A DNA stretch of 64,000 nucleotides from the NCBI GenBank assembly GCA_965113315.1, contig OZ220363.1, one strand, 5' to 3'. Under the pieces are notes generated by a model. It had not been told where the DNA came from and searched no databases. It saw only the letters and a program-made list of their open reading frames with translations. Position numbers and translations under genes: made by a program. Positions 1-12,410 of this stretch are shown here, one piece after another. This DNA is from Podarcis vaucheri. Its lineage: Eukaryota. The first letter of the stretch is position 1, and each line of letters begins with the position of its first letter.

Positions 1-837
1 CAGCTATCGAAAGAACAAGAAGGTTAACGTTGCACATCTCTTTATACGGCTAAACAGAAATCACCCCAGGGAAAATTGTGCTAATCTGCCCTGGTAGGTC
101 CAAGGAGGCACTGAATTTAGCAAACATCTGAACAGTGGAGCCCCATTTGCCCTAAGAGAACAACCTCCACTGCATCAAAGTATCCTCCTCAACCAGCAGC
201 CTCCAGCACCACCTCCCACACTGTTCCAGAAGTTTCCCCCCAGCCCACCAGAATTGCATGAGGGTTGTGTTAGGAGCTGCAGGAGAGAAACAGGGATTTG
301 GCAAATGTCACTTCCAACCTTCTGCCAAATGGGAGAGCCTGCTCCTGCTGGTGGAAGCAAAGTCTAGTACCAACCCATAATACGTAAGCCTATGGGCCTT
401 TCTCTTAATCCCCATAAAAAGGTAAGCAATCTGAGTGGTACATAATGTGTAAATATGAGAAAATTCATTAATTCATTAATAAATTCATTCATTCTCCTAC
501 CATGAATCTATTGTTTCAACAAGTATTGGCTTATAGCAAATAACCATACTTATAAACACTGCTATGAAATGTGAGCTATGTTGAAAATAAATAATTATAT
601 TTTAAATAGTCTAAGGCTTAGCTTTTATAGTGATGCAAACAAAATCTAATATATATCATCTTACAGACTAATGAGCAAAAAATGAATTTGGAACTTTGCT
701 AGACACAGTTTATATAGAATGATTGGTCTCACCTGAAGTGTAGATTTGCGAGTAGGGATGCTGGAGTCAATGAGCTGAGTCATGTCCTATTCCATTGGCT
801 CCAGCATCCTGCGAGGTAGAGGATATTGTTTACTTAC

Positions 838-945
838 ATCGCTTACTCTGTCCTTGACCTTCCGTACGTGGAGTAACATGGGAGTATCATGGATTGTGGT
901 ATATCCCTTTGGCTTGGCCTTGTTATATTCCAGTTTGTAGAGGAT
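838..945 (-). CDS. NEB: Nebulin exon, 108 nt (~human exon 146)
   Basis: ag|ILYKLEYNKAKPKGYTTIHDTPMLLHVRKVKDRVSD|gtaagt. Confidence 0.95.
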
Positions 946-1043
946 CTGGCAGCAAGAAAGGGCCAAGTTAAGTACAAGCAGTCATTAGAAATAGCATTTT
1001 AATTTCTTTTTTAAAAAATACCCAAAGTGAACAGATATGTATA

Positions 1044-1269
1044 CAGTGGTACCTCGGGTTACATACGTTTCAGGTTACAGACTCTGCTAACCCAGAAATA
1101 ATACCTCAGGTTAAGAACTTTGCTTCAGGATGAGAACAGAAATCGTGCTCCTGTGGCGCGGCGGTAGCTGGAGGCCCCACAGGCTAAAGTGGTGCTTCAG
1201 GTTAAGAACAGTTTCAGGTTAAGAACGGACCTCCGGAATGAATTAAGTACTTAACCCGAGGTACCACTG
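1044..1269. mobile_element. Tc1/mariner-type MITE
   Basis: 18-bp TIRs cagtggtacctcgggtta / taacccgaggtaccactg, flanked by TA on both sides. Confidence 0.9.
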
Positions 1270-2186
1270 TACAACAATATGCATTGTTGTAGTTTACCTT
1301 AGACTGCCTGAAGGAACTGGAGAAGGCCTGCTCCATCCTCTTTCCCATTCACTCCCATGGGTTTTCCACTGATGTGCTGAACAGGACTGGATTGGAGGAT
1401 ATATCTCCCCAGTCAGAACCTTACCCACCCAGTGCACTGTCCCAGCCTCCAAGCTGGTCCTGCTTGTGGATTTCACAACTGATTGGTGAGGATGCTGGAC
1501 TGTGATGGGCCTTTTGACCAGATCCGGCGGGCTTCTTCTTACGTTCTTCTATCCTTAACCCACCCTCCATGTGCATGAGGAAGCACACAGTTCCTCCCCA
1601 TCTCCTAGTGAGCTGTCTCCTACCTGTAAACGTGGGGACGGGATGTCCAAATGTTGCCCAGGTACACACAGTCTTGCCCAGGTGAAAAACTGCATGCTTG
1701 ATTACTGCACTAAAGTAGGAAATCAGCTAGGCAGTTTTCACCTTCATGATCTGAGCACTCTCTACACAGGCAGCATTGGGATGTTCTGCTTTGGCAGGTG
1801 GAAGTGGTAGAGGGAGGGATGATGTGCTAAGCGTTTAGGATCATAATCATGGCTATCAGGCTTGGACTGCAACCCTTCCAACCATTGGCACTTATCTTAT
1901 CTGGACCTGCTTTTTACTCAAAAGTCTGCATGAGCGCATCCTTCTGGTAAGCTTTCCACTTTCCTAACGTATGCTTTGAAGTGCAGGAAGAGCAATGGAG
2001 AAAGCATGGTACATTGTTTCTTACACTAAGTATGTAACCTCTCACATGTGGGTGTGCTATTTGTGCCCAGCCAGTGGCTTCCTATCTACAATGGAGAGAA
2101 GGCAGATTGTGGGTGGAAACACGGGTCGGGTGGTGTAGGAGGATGCTGGCTAGTATGAGGAAGACGCCAGGCTCAATCCCTCCATA

Positions 2187-2540
2187 GGTAAAGGTAAAGG
2201 GACCCCTGACCATTATGCCCAGTTGTGGCTGACTCTGGGGTTGCGGCGCTCATCTTGCTTTATTGGCCAAGGGAACCGGCGTACAGCTTCCAGGTCATGT
2301 GGCCAGCATGACTAAGCCGCTTCTGGCGAACCAGAGCTGCACACGGAAACGCCGTTTACCTTCCCAGCAGAGCAGTACCTATTTATCTACTTGCACTTGG
2401 ACGTGCTTTCAAACTGCTAGGTTGGCAGGAGCAGGGACCGAGCAATGGGAGCTCACCCCGTCACGGGGATTCGAACCGCTGACCTTCTGATCGACAAGCC
2501 CTAGGCTCTGTGGTTTAACCCACAGCGCCACCCGCGTCCC
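2187..2540 (-). mobile_element. Sauria SINE, full length
   Basis: tRNA-like head with B box (ggttcgaatccc on minus strand), (ACCTTT)n tail, approximate TSD ccataggtaa. Confidence 0.88.
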
Positions 2541-3130
2541 TCTCCCCCCCATAGGTAATTGACCAATCTTTGGGTTAGTCACTGTTTCTCAGCCTAACCT
2601 ACCTTATAGGGTTCTTGGGGTAAATTAGACAAAGCCAATTTCACCACTCTGTGCAACTTGGAAGAAGAGTTGGATGGGTGTGGAACTGTCCCATCTACCC
2701 CCAGCCACACAATGCATCCGTCTTCCATAACACGGTGCATCCCAGATGTTGTCAGACTGCAACTCCCATTGACCTCGGCCAGCATGGCCAATAGTGAGAG
2801 ATGATGGGAGTTGCAGTCCAGCAGCTTCTGGAGGGCAGCAGGCTGGGGGAGACTGCACTAAGCAGTTGGTGGTTGCTGAAGTTCCCAAACTCACTCATTT
2901 GCCTGAGCATTTTTAGGCAGGAAGTCCTTGTTGCTGTTTCCCTCAGCTTCGCAGTTCCCAACACCAGTCCTGACCCCAAACGGGCAAGCTGTGTTTCTCT
3001 TACTGTCCTCTTCCTCTCCCATCCCGTCAGTCTGAAGAAAAACCCTGGCTATCCCCATCGTTGTCACACAAAGATTAGTCCATGCTGTTCCTCCCCCCCC
3101 CCCATTGGTCATGACAATTTCCACACTTAC

Positions 3131-3235
3131 ATCACTGATTTGCTTGTTGACTTTCGTCGTCCTCAGGTGTTCCGGAGTATCCACGATCGAGGTAAACTTG
3201 TCCTTCTGCTTTTCATACAGCTGTTTGTATTTGTA
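3131..3235 (-). CDS. NEB: Nebulin exon, 105 nt (~exon 145)
   Basis: YKYKQLYEKQKDKFTSIVDTPEHLRTTKVNKQISD, AG/GT flanks. Confidence 0.95.
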
Positions 3236-3843
3236 CTGTGGATATTTTTTTTAAAAAAAAAGCAGCAGTGAATGGTGGGAAATGACAGCAAATCAACAAC
3301 AACACCCCACCACAAATGCACATTTTAAGAAGAGAAGAAGAGTCCTAGCCTTAGCCTGCCTGTTCCAGCAGCTGTCATAGAAGTCAACCGAAACTGTGTA
3401 CGTGGGGGGAGCCAAGCCCACACGATGGAAATGCCGGAGTTAAGCTTGCTTTTGGTTACGCTGACTTCTAAACAGGTCAAGTGTGGGGCAGTGGCTGGAG
3501 GACTAGATTTGGACATGGGAGCTTGTATCTAAACACCCTTCAGCTATGTGCTTCCAGGGTTGGCCTTTGGCAAGTCATCATCTTTAACTTATCCCACAGA
3601 CTTGATGCGAGGATAAAAATGGGATAATCCTTTGCATCATCCTTCCCTGGGCCGGAAGCAAACACAACCAATAAAGGAACTAAACTAGCAGGGTTTGCCG
3701 CTAGTGGATAAAACCCCAAACTCTACGATCGCACTAAGAAATCAAAGGAGCCACTTGGCCGAATAAGAAGAGTGGGTGAGTAAGCATTTAAAAAATGGGT
3801 TTAAGAAGGGTCCCCCCCCCAGTCAAGCCCACAAAGTCTACTG

Positions 3844-4163
3844 CAGGGGTAGGAAAACTAAGGCCCGGGGGCCAGATCCAGCCCAATCACCTTCTAAATC
3901 CGGCCCATGGATGGTCCAGGAATCAGCGTGTTTTTACATGAGTAGAATGTGTCCTTTTATTTAAATGCATCTCTGGGTTATTTGTGGTGCCTGCCTGGTG
4001 TTTTTACATGAGTAGAATGTGTGCTTTTATTTCAAATGCATCTCTGGTTTATTTGTGGGGCATAGGAATTCGTTCATTATTTTTTCCAAAGTATACTCCA
4101 GCCCCCCACATGGTCTGAGGGGCAGTGGACCAGCCCATGGCTAAAAAAGGTTGCTGACCCCTG
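3844..4163. mobile_element. hAT-type MITE
   Basis: cagggg...cccctg ends, perfect 8-bp TSD gtctactg; same family inverted at 52887-53214. Confidence 0.88.
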
Positions 4164-5136
4164 GTCTACTGAGATGAATGAGGTTCTACCAGTTTATGAC
4201 TGGACGGCAGCCCTGTAGCAACTCTGGTATCAAAGTTTACTAAGTTGATTTGTACCTTTGGCTAGTCTCTTCCCACAACAGTAAGATAGCTTTGGTTAAC
4301 CATGCACCCAATCAACATTTAAATTGTAGCATGGGGGGTGGGGAGGCTTTGCAATGTAAAAGTGTTACTGGTGATTATGCTTATGACTTAAAATATATGA
4401 AGTAATGCAATGAAATGTATTCATGGGAGAATGGAGAAGTGAGCATTTCTCTGCAGAACATTCTGTGCAGCTGAAAATCTTGGTCTAGCTTATAGAAAAA
4501 TTGGGAAGCCTTAGCAGTTGTCTAAAAATGATGCAAAAACCCCGCTTTTTAAGATGTTGCTTCATTTTCACTGCATGCAGATACAGAGCATGCAAGACAA
4601 CACATAGCATGCGTAAAAGAGGGGGAAGAAATGCATGGACAAGGAATCTCAACACATACAAAATAATGGCAAGAATGCTCAAAGCAGGGCTTGGTGATCA
4701 GTACCACAAGTAGGAAGACATTTGTATAGGTTGGATACAGAGAACCCAGTCTGTAATATAGTTAATCCAGTGTATTTTGCTTGAAGGCGGCTGGCACTCC
4801 AAACCTAACCATATCTCCATGCAAATAAATTTCACTGATTTCAGTGCAAGTTACTTTTAAGTGAATGTGCTTAAGAACACAGCCTGGCACCCTGATCTTT
4901 CCTTTTGCTTGGAAGATCAAGAGGGTTCTCTGGCTGCAGATCAAGAGGGTTCTCCTGCCCAACAGAATTTTACCATTTTATGTCCAAATACTTGCATCTT
5001 AATTTGATTGTGAATCCCAACCTCTGGAGTTTGAATACTGGTATTGGAGCACCTGGTATTGGAGCTTTTCATGAATCCACATGGTAACTTACGTCCAATT
5101 TTGTAAGAAGAAGCCTACAATCCTATGCACACTTAC

Positions 5137-5241
5137 CTGGCTCTCCTGAATTGTGTTGTACAATGCTGTCAGCATATCTGGTCGCAGAATTTCATTACAT
5201 CCATGTTGCAGGAACAACTTGGCACTAGCCTTATATTTTTT
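5137..5241 (-). CDS. NEB: Nebulin mutually exclusive exon, orthologue of human exon 144, 105 nt
   Basis: KKYKASAKLFLQHGCNEILRPDMLTALYNTIQESQ, cag/gtaagt flanks; missed by the ORF track. Confidence 0.93.
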
Positions 5242-5618
5242 CTGTGCATGCAAACAGCAACGAAGCACAAAAAAAGACTTATGAAGACAAAGAACTACAA
5301 AAAAGCTCTAGATCCCAGAACAATGAGATTTAGGCCTTTGGGATACTTGTGTATTCTCAGAACTGCACCAGTGCACAGCATTCACCATGGGCAGCAGAAT
5401 CAACAGACACAGAGCTGAATTTAAAAAATGGAAAAACGAATGTATTACGGTGCTATCATTATGCAATAATTTGGTTTCCACGCCATTTTCCTTGTAGCAC
5501 ATTTTTGCCTTTGAGCTAAATGGCGCAGAGTTCATTCATTTCTAGCTTATCTTTGCAACTCGACTGACATTTGGTGGAGTGATTTTGACAGTACATTGGT
5601 GCATAGTTTATGAGATCA

Positions 5619-5730
5619 CAAAGTATGAATAGGCTCACTCAAAAAGCTGCTGTGCTGTTTTGGGTGGCAAAGTACAGATAGGCTCACTCAAAAAGCTGTT
5701 GTGCTGTTTTGAGTGGCAAAGTATAGATAG
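5619..5730. repeat. 49-bp tandem duplication (~2.3 copies), each unit containing a hairpin
   Basis: caaagta..ataggctcactcaaaaagctg.tgtgctgttttg.gtgg units start at 5619, 5668, 5717. Confidence 0.9.
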
Positions 5731-5871
5731 TTCCAGATACAAACAGAGGGGAAACCTTTGTCAATATCATAGGCAAAACCTATGACATCTTTGACTGCAG
5801 GCATTTCAGGCAGGTAAAGAAGTCATCCAGGAGTGACAATAGCCAGATTCTGGCCAGCTCTGTCACAGTAC

Positions 5872-5976
5872 CTGACTGCTTAGTTCGCCTCCCAATTTGG
5901 CCAGCAAGGTTCTAGGGTCATCCACCACAAGGGAATACTTATCCTTCTTCTTCTCATAATCAGATTTGTACAATTT
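5872..5976 (-). CDS. NEB: Nebulin mutually exclusive exon, orthologue of human exon 143, 105 nt
   Basis: KLYKSDYEKKKDKYSLVVDDPRTLLAKLGGELSSQ, cag/gtactg flanks. Confidence 0.92.
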
Positions 5977-6505
5977 CTGTTCACATCGAACAGTAGCAAA
6001 GTGAAAAAGTGGAGGCACAAAGATACATTGAGATCAATGCAAAAACCCTTCAGCTACCCATTAAACAAATCCACCCACTTAAAGAGTAACACCATAAAAA
6101 AGAGAACGGATATAGGCAATGGAAAATACAGACCTATAATAGCTTTTACCGAGCAATAGTGTGCAAGTATTACTAAAACGTAAAACTTGCTGGTGGATCT
6201 TACTCCTAAGTAATCACGTAAAGGGTTGCAGCCTTAAATGTACAACACTAAAAGCCCTGCACTGCCACCCTCCATTTAGTTATAGTTATAGTTCTAACTC
6301 TATGCATTTATCACTTGCATAAATTTAGTATAAAATATATGCACATGCTATACTATAGTTCTGCATATAGTCTAGATTGGGACCTAGCTACTATTTATCA
6401 TTCTTTATGTCTAAAGTCAATGGATAGAACAAACACCATTAGATGTACTGTTGGATAAGTGTTAAATGGTTCTTGTTCTTGTATTTGTATTTAAAAAAAC
6501 AATAA

Positions 6506-6506
6506 A

Positions 6507-6553
<47 letters not shown>

Positions 6554-6577
6554 GAAGGAAGAAAGAAAGAAAGAAAG
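6506..6577 (+). repeat. (GAAA)n microsatellite
   Basis: Direct reading. Confidence 0.95.
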
Positions 6578-6603
6578 AGTACTATGTGTAAAGACCACAA
6601 TCT

Positions 6604-6797
6604 AGGTAAAAGGTTAGGGTTAGGTAAAGGACCCCTGGACAGTTAAGTCCAGCAAAGGTGACTATGGGGTTGTGGCGCTCATCTCACTTTCAGGCTGAGA
6701 GAGCCAGCACTTTTCCACAGACAGCTTTCTGGGTCGTGTGGCCAGCATGACTAAACCACTTCTGGCACAACGGGACACCGTGATGGAAACCAGAGGC
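6604..6797 (-). mobile_element. Sauria SINE, truncated (3' half)
   Basis: Aligns to the tail half of 2187-2540. Confidence 0.8.
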
Positions 6798-6910
6798 TTT
6801 ACTCAGAAATATATCCCATTTAATGGAATTTGCAGTCCTAAATTCTCTTTCTTATTTTGTCTAACAAATTTAAATAGAATTGCAATGCAGAAGCCTATAG
6901 TTCTACTTAC

Positions 6911-7015
6911 CTCATTCACCAGCTGAGTAGCATACTTAAAATGCCTATTAATTGGACTGTCAGCAACATACTTGAACTTGGACTTTATCTTCTCAAATGA
7001 CTCCTTGTATTTACA
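6911..7015 (-). CDS. NEB: Nebulin exon, 105 nt (~exon 142)
   Basis: CKYKESFEKIKSKFKYVADSPINRHFKYATQLVNE. Confidence 0.95.
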
Positions 7016-7817
7016 CTAGAGGGACATAAAAGACATTTTTTTCTAAAAACAACAACAACCAACTAATCACTATATGGATGTGGTAAAAACACAAAAAGCA
7101 TACATTAAAAAAATCAATCAGGTGTAAAGGTGTGAAAGAAACATTGCAGTTACTTCATGTAATTATCATGTCAGTAAGTGTGATATTTACTGATTTGCTG
7201 CTGTAACTGCATCTGTTTATCTGACAGCGCCAGTCTGTATGGCGCTGCAAAACTGGAATATGATACAGTCTTCCAAAAACCTGCTAAAGCTCATTATGTT
7301 GATAATTACATAAACAGTGCAATCCTATGCAGATTTGCTCAGAACTAATATTCAGTGGAGATCACTCCTAGGTAAGAGAGCATAGGACTGCAGCAGAGAA
7401 CAGTTCAGACTTAGTAGAGGATAGACTCAATTACCAGGGAAATGACACCATCCCTTATTTATAAAAGGATACGCTGATGTGTAAATAGCACCTCCCAAAA
7501 TAGATGGCACAGTGGGTTTTTCACAGTGCTTTTTTTTGTTTTGTTTTTAAAACGAGGTGCCAGCAATCATATCTTGTTATGCATACACTTTGTTTAAAGT
7601 AATGTGTGATCTTGCACTGTTGCCCTTTGCTTCAGTGGAGCCTCAGTAGATATTCACAGATAGCTGGGCACTTTATATGTTATCATACCAATGATCTTTC
7701 ACCTTTGCAGTTATTGGGCAGTTCAGTCAAGCTGTGCATGCTTAGGTTGGCTGTGGAGAGTTAAAACCAATGACAAATCTTGTTTGTTCTGAGCAGAGAA
7801 CTGCTTTATAAACATGG

Positions 7818-8175
7818 TCAACAAAAGAGGTTTAAAGACTGTCTCAAGGCAAATCTAAAAAAAAGTAGTATAAACACTGACAACTGGGAAACACTGGCCT
7901 GCGAGCGCTCCAGTTGGAGAACAGCCTTTACCAAAGGTGTCGTGGGCTTTGAAGACACTTGAACTCAGGATGCAAGGGAGAAACGTGCTAAGAGGAAGGC
8001 ACGCTTGGCAAATCCACACTGTGATCAACTCCTGCCCAGGAACCAATGTCCCCACTGTGGAAGGACGTGTGGGTCCAGAATTGGCCTCCACAGTCACTTA
8101 CGGACTCATTGTTAAAACCGTGTTCATGGAAGACAATCTTACATGGCTATGAGTGATCGCCAAAGAAAGAAGAAG
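7818..8175 (+). mobile_element. 5'-truncated RTE-clade LINE (3' end)
   Basis: Degenerate ORF2 C-terminus QQKRFKDCLKANLKK...WETLACERSSWR and CPHCGRTCGSRIGLHSHLRTH zinc finger, (GAA)n tail, TSD aaacatgg. Confidence 0.85.
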
Positions 8176-8343
8176 AAACATGGCCTCAAACTTCTTGTCT
8201 GTATTTGCGTGCATCCATCCCTACATGCAGTGCCTCACCTCAAATAAATATAAAATTGAGTGTATGTGTGCAGAGCAAGTTGGGGAATAGACAGAGAGAA
8301 ATCACCCTCTTTAAGCTACCAGGCAATATAGAACCACACATAC

Positions 8344-8448
8344 CGGACTGTACAGAGTCTTATTCTTTTCTGCAAGAAGAAGATCAGGAGTATCCCATGC
8401 ATAACAGCCAATGCCTCTGAGCCACGTTAAATCTTCCTTATATTTAAA
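8344..8448 (-). CDS. NEB: Nebulin exon, 105 nt (~exon 141), WLRGIG motif
   Basis: FKYKEDLTWLRGIGCYAWDTPDLLLAEKNKTLYSP. Confidence 0.95.
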
Positions 8449-9529
8449 CTGTAAAAGCAAAATAACAAGAGCAAGGTTTACCACAACATGAGACAATTAC
8501 AGGAGAGCACAAAAAATTGTTATTTATATCTCAAAGCCAGCAGAAAAATCTCAGGCATGGGATCATGTGGATACTTGGGATCGTAATGATCTAAGTATAC
8601 AAACTTGGAGGTAAGAACAATGGCTGTCACTAGAATAAAGTTCAAGGTAAATATGCTTAAGGGTTGAGTTGACAAAATGACAACTTCAATCCACATAGTC
8701 CTATTAGGCTCAATCTGACTTTTTGCTGCTCTGATGGAACAAGATGAAATCGCAAGTATGTGCTGTTTCTAATTGATTGCAAATGTGGGCATTTCTGTCA
8801 ATAGCAATAGATTTGACTGAATTAACTTCCCTACAAATTAAATTGGGGGAGGTGGTGATAGTACACATGGGCCATGTTTATTGTTGTTTTAACCCTTATG
8901 GCCATAGGTATCAATGGGTATTCTCAGCTAGATAAATGTAAGGCTAGATCAGTTTTTAAATATTTGCATTTTGCAGAGCAATGGCCTTGTAAAGCTGTAA
9001 CAACAACATAAAGACTCCCCCCCCCCAAAAAAAAAAACCACTACGAAAGATCATGGGGTTTTTATGCTTGCTTGCTTGCTTGTTTGTTTCTGCAGCAGCT
9101 GCTCACACCTCCCATTGAAAAAGAAAAGCTACCTCTAAGAGTTAGTGGCTGAATATGGACAAGGGAGGCAGCAGAACTTCTCTTTGTGCAAGTGAAATAT
9201 GCCTTCTGCTTGAGCAAAGGGGCTCTTTAGATTCCCACCCAATCCCCCTTTCAACATATCTGCTGTTAAACAAGGAAAACTGAATTGCTGTTAGCTGCTC
9301 CTCATTATGTGGCTTAGATATTCTTGATAGAAGTGAAGTTTAAATTCAGAATTCAGTTTAACAATCCAGGAGAGCCTGTCTCCAAAAGGCAGGAAACTAT
9401 TAATTATTTTTTTCATTTTAAATCATTTTTTCAATGCATTTTGCTCCCCTCAAGTAACACATTGCAGCCTATTGTTTTGGAAGGCTGTCAGCATGCAATA
9501 CCCAAGTGTCGAAGTTGATCCACACTCAC

Positions 9530-9634
9530 ATCACTGACTGCATCGGTGACAGCACGGTGGTGGAAATGGTCTGGTCGATCTGGGATAGACCTCCAGATTC
9601 CTAATTGACTCATGTAGTTTTCTTTGTATTTCAC
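9530..9634 (-). CDS. NEB: Nebulin exon, 105 nt (~exon 140)
   Basis: VKYKENYMSQLGIWRSIPDRPDHFHHRAVTDAVSD. Confidence 0.95.
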
Positions 9635-10370
9635 CTACAAAAAAAGCATTTAATTTTTAAAATAAGCAACACACTAATTGCCAAATATTACAGGGTTGAC
9701 ATCAGTGACGGTGCAATCCTATACATGCGTACTCAGAGAAGCAACTCCTATTGTGTTATTTATCTGTTAAACTTCTATCCTGCCCTTCTCCTGAAGGAGC
9801 TTCAAGGAGGCAATGGGACTTGCTTTCTAACATTGAGTGGAACTTGCTTCCCAGTAAGTGGATTTAGAATGTCCAGGCACAGCTACGCTACTTTATAGAG
9901 ACAACAGAGCTTAACGCATGTAGGAATTTCTGGCCAGTCCATGTAACACATGGGGAAACAGTCAGAAGAGGTGGAAGTATGACAGAAGCTCAGGTGGAGA
10001 ATGGGGCCAGAGAACAAAGTATAAGGGAAACAAAAGCTATAAAACATAAAAGAGGCAGGGTGGGCCAGAATTAGCTGAGGCTTTGTGTTAGGAGGACCAG
10101 GTGTCAAGTAGACTATAAGGCCTGATAGGACAGGGGTTGGACCTGAGGTCACCCCTGCTTTCTCTCTGAAAGGAATCACATCCACCAGAGGCATGACCAG
10201 GGGTACTTACATTATATAGGAAAAGGGGAGGTAAAGGAGTCTGACGTAGTGGGGAGAGAGAATAACCAGTGCCCCATAATATATATAAATAAGGTACATC
10301 TATTGTATTTTACAGTTATCAAAAGCAGCATATTTACTCAGGAATATGCATATATATCCAATATACTTAC

Positions 10371-10475
10371 TTTGCTGATATCATCAGTGACCTTGCGGTG
10401 ATACACAATATCCAAGGCATCTTTCACTGTGTGGTATTTACCCTTGGCTTTCTCAAATGTTTCTTTGTAGCGCAG
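10371..10475 (-). CDS. NEB: Nebulin exon, 105 nt (~exon 139)
   Basis: LRYKETFEKAKGKYHTVKDALDIVYHRKVTDDISK. Confidence 0.95.
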
Positions 10476-11586
10476 CTGATAAAAAACAAAACAAAACAAA
10501 AAAGTATGAAGGCATCAGTTTTAAAATGTAGCAAACCTTATTTTCACATTTTCCTCAGAGGTTGTAATAGACAGATAGAAAAAGCAGACCATCAAGTCCG
10601 CTTTATGCATATTATAAACAGCCAAGCAATCCTAGCTTACTCCATGGTGCTCCTTGTAAATGTACATCCTACTCCCCATTTAAGTATAGCTTTCATTTAT
10701 TTAACTTTCTATTATAACCCGAGTTTTGCATATTCTCCTGTCTATTTCAAGACAAGAGTCCAGATCAAGAAACCATATTATCTAACTCCCCCCTCCTCAA
10801 TTTCTTCATTCTTCTTCTGCTGCCAACACAATTATACTCAAAAGTATCCATGTGGACAGAAAGGGTTGCATCCAGCTGAAACATGGTCAGAGCAGACCCA
10901 CTGGAACATGACTAAAGTCCATTGGTTTTAGTGAGTCTACTCTGAGTATGTTTTAGCTGGATAAAACCCAAGAAGCCAGATTCAACTAGCCTAGTGCAAG
11001 GACTCCCACCAGTTCAATGGGGCGTTCCCCCTCCCCTTGCATGCCCCCCACCTTTCCTAAATCTGCCTTGGAGCATCGAGAGAACCCACAGCCTAGTGCC
11101 CAGAAGGAGGAGAGGAGAGACTGATCAAATTAGTATGATGTTGATCTTTACCCCAACAAACTTGTGTCAAAACAGATTTATATAATTTTTTATGCATTAT
11201 TTGTATTATGTTAGTATGTAAGATTTCACAGGCAATGAGAAATAGACTCCATATGAATGTCAGACCAAAGAAACTTGATCTTATGTGCAGTTGGCTCACT
11301 CCTCTGTGCCACTGCTTCTCAGGAAGAACTCCGTCACAATTGTTATAGAACTATGAATAGTTGTCTAATGGCTGCTGACTCTTTTGATCCCTTTCCATAT
11401 TAAAAAAAATACACCATGAATATATAAGCCATACAGAGCTAGAGAATAATCCAAATAAGTAAATGATCTGGAAGAATTCTCACTGGTTTCAGGTTCAGTT
11501 CACAGACCTTGCCTGAACATTACTCTACATTCATATCTAGACCACATAAAAAACCCCAAACCATTCCATTTTCATCGGATACTTAC

Positions 11587-11691
11587 ATCACTGGCATTCA
11601 AGTAGGCCTTCTTAGCTCTAATCAGGATTGGTGTGTCAGCGACAGTTACATACTTATGCTTCAGTTTCTCATATTGGGATTTGTATTTATT
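11587..11691 (-). CDS. NEB: Nebulin exon, 105 nt (~exon 138)
   Basis: NKYKSQYEKLKHKYVTVADTPILIRAKKAYLNASD. Confidence 0.95.
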
Positions 11692-12087
11692 CTAAATTAA
11701 GCAGGGGGAAATGGAAGAAAAAAATAAGTACACCAAGGTGCTCACGCGATACAGCATTAACCGCATGCAAGTGGGCACTTAAAAAGACACTCGGATGTAT
11801 GAGTTAACTAAAATAAATTTATTCATCATGCCAACGATTTGTTTTTCCTTCCAATAAAGTCAGCTAGAGGCCTGCAGCTGGTATATTCACTGGCAAATTG
11901 CAAAGCATACCACCCTAATTTGCAGACAATCTATCTGCCATTTCCATGTGTGCCCTTCCCGCCTCTGTGATGCTTGCCTAAATCAGCCTTCTCCAATAAG
12001 GTACCATCCAGCTGTTTGGGGCTACAGCTCTCATCAGCCCCAGACAGCATTGCCAGCAGTCAAGGATGATGGGAACTGTAATCCAAT

Positions 12088-12410
12088 CAGGGGCAGAGGA
12101 AGGGGGGTGCAGTGGGGGCAGTCCACCCTGGGTGTCACCACTGAGGGGGGTGACAAAATGCCCGGCAGCACCCACCGCGGGGCCTGCAGTGTGCCCAAGC
12201 CACGTGTCTCTCCTGGGAGTGACGTGGTGGTTCTGCGCTGCCCCAAATGGTCTGCCCATTGTCTCCCCCACAGCTGCAGGGCAGCTGAGTGGGATGAGGC
12301 AGGCAGACTCCTCAGAGGCCCCATGGAGCATCCTGCCCCAGCTGGCCCCGCCCCTGGGTGCAGAGCACACATGCTGCCCCAAAGCGCCCAAGCGGCTTGC
12401 TCCGCCGCTG
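12088..12410. mobile_element. GC-rich hAT-type MITE nested in an older palindromic MITE
   Basis: 8-bp TSD aatccaat, imperfect TIRs caggggcagag / ctccgccgctg. Confidence 0.8.

Noticed and set aside
2263-2490. Similar ORFs at 2263, 21889 and 42962, and tRNA-like boxes
   Set aside because: Sauria SINE copies; neither protein genes nor tRNA genes.
4995-5105. Possible third alternative exon (open frame containing TPE, GC-type donor)
   Set aside because: Only ~30 nt from the exon-144 donor, no acceptor or pyrimidine tract, poor module similarity; contains a small local duplication.
10398-10931. Long AT-rich ORFs (10398-10931, 28468-29016, 30428-30901)
   Set aside because: Intronic or overlapping exon ends, several with non-ATG starts, no recognisable domains; consistent with chance.
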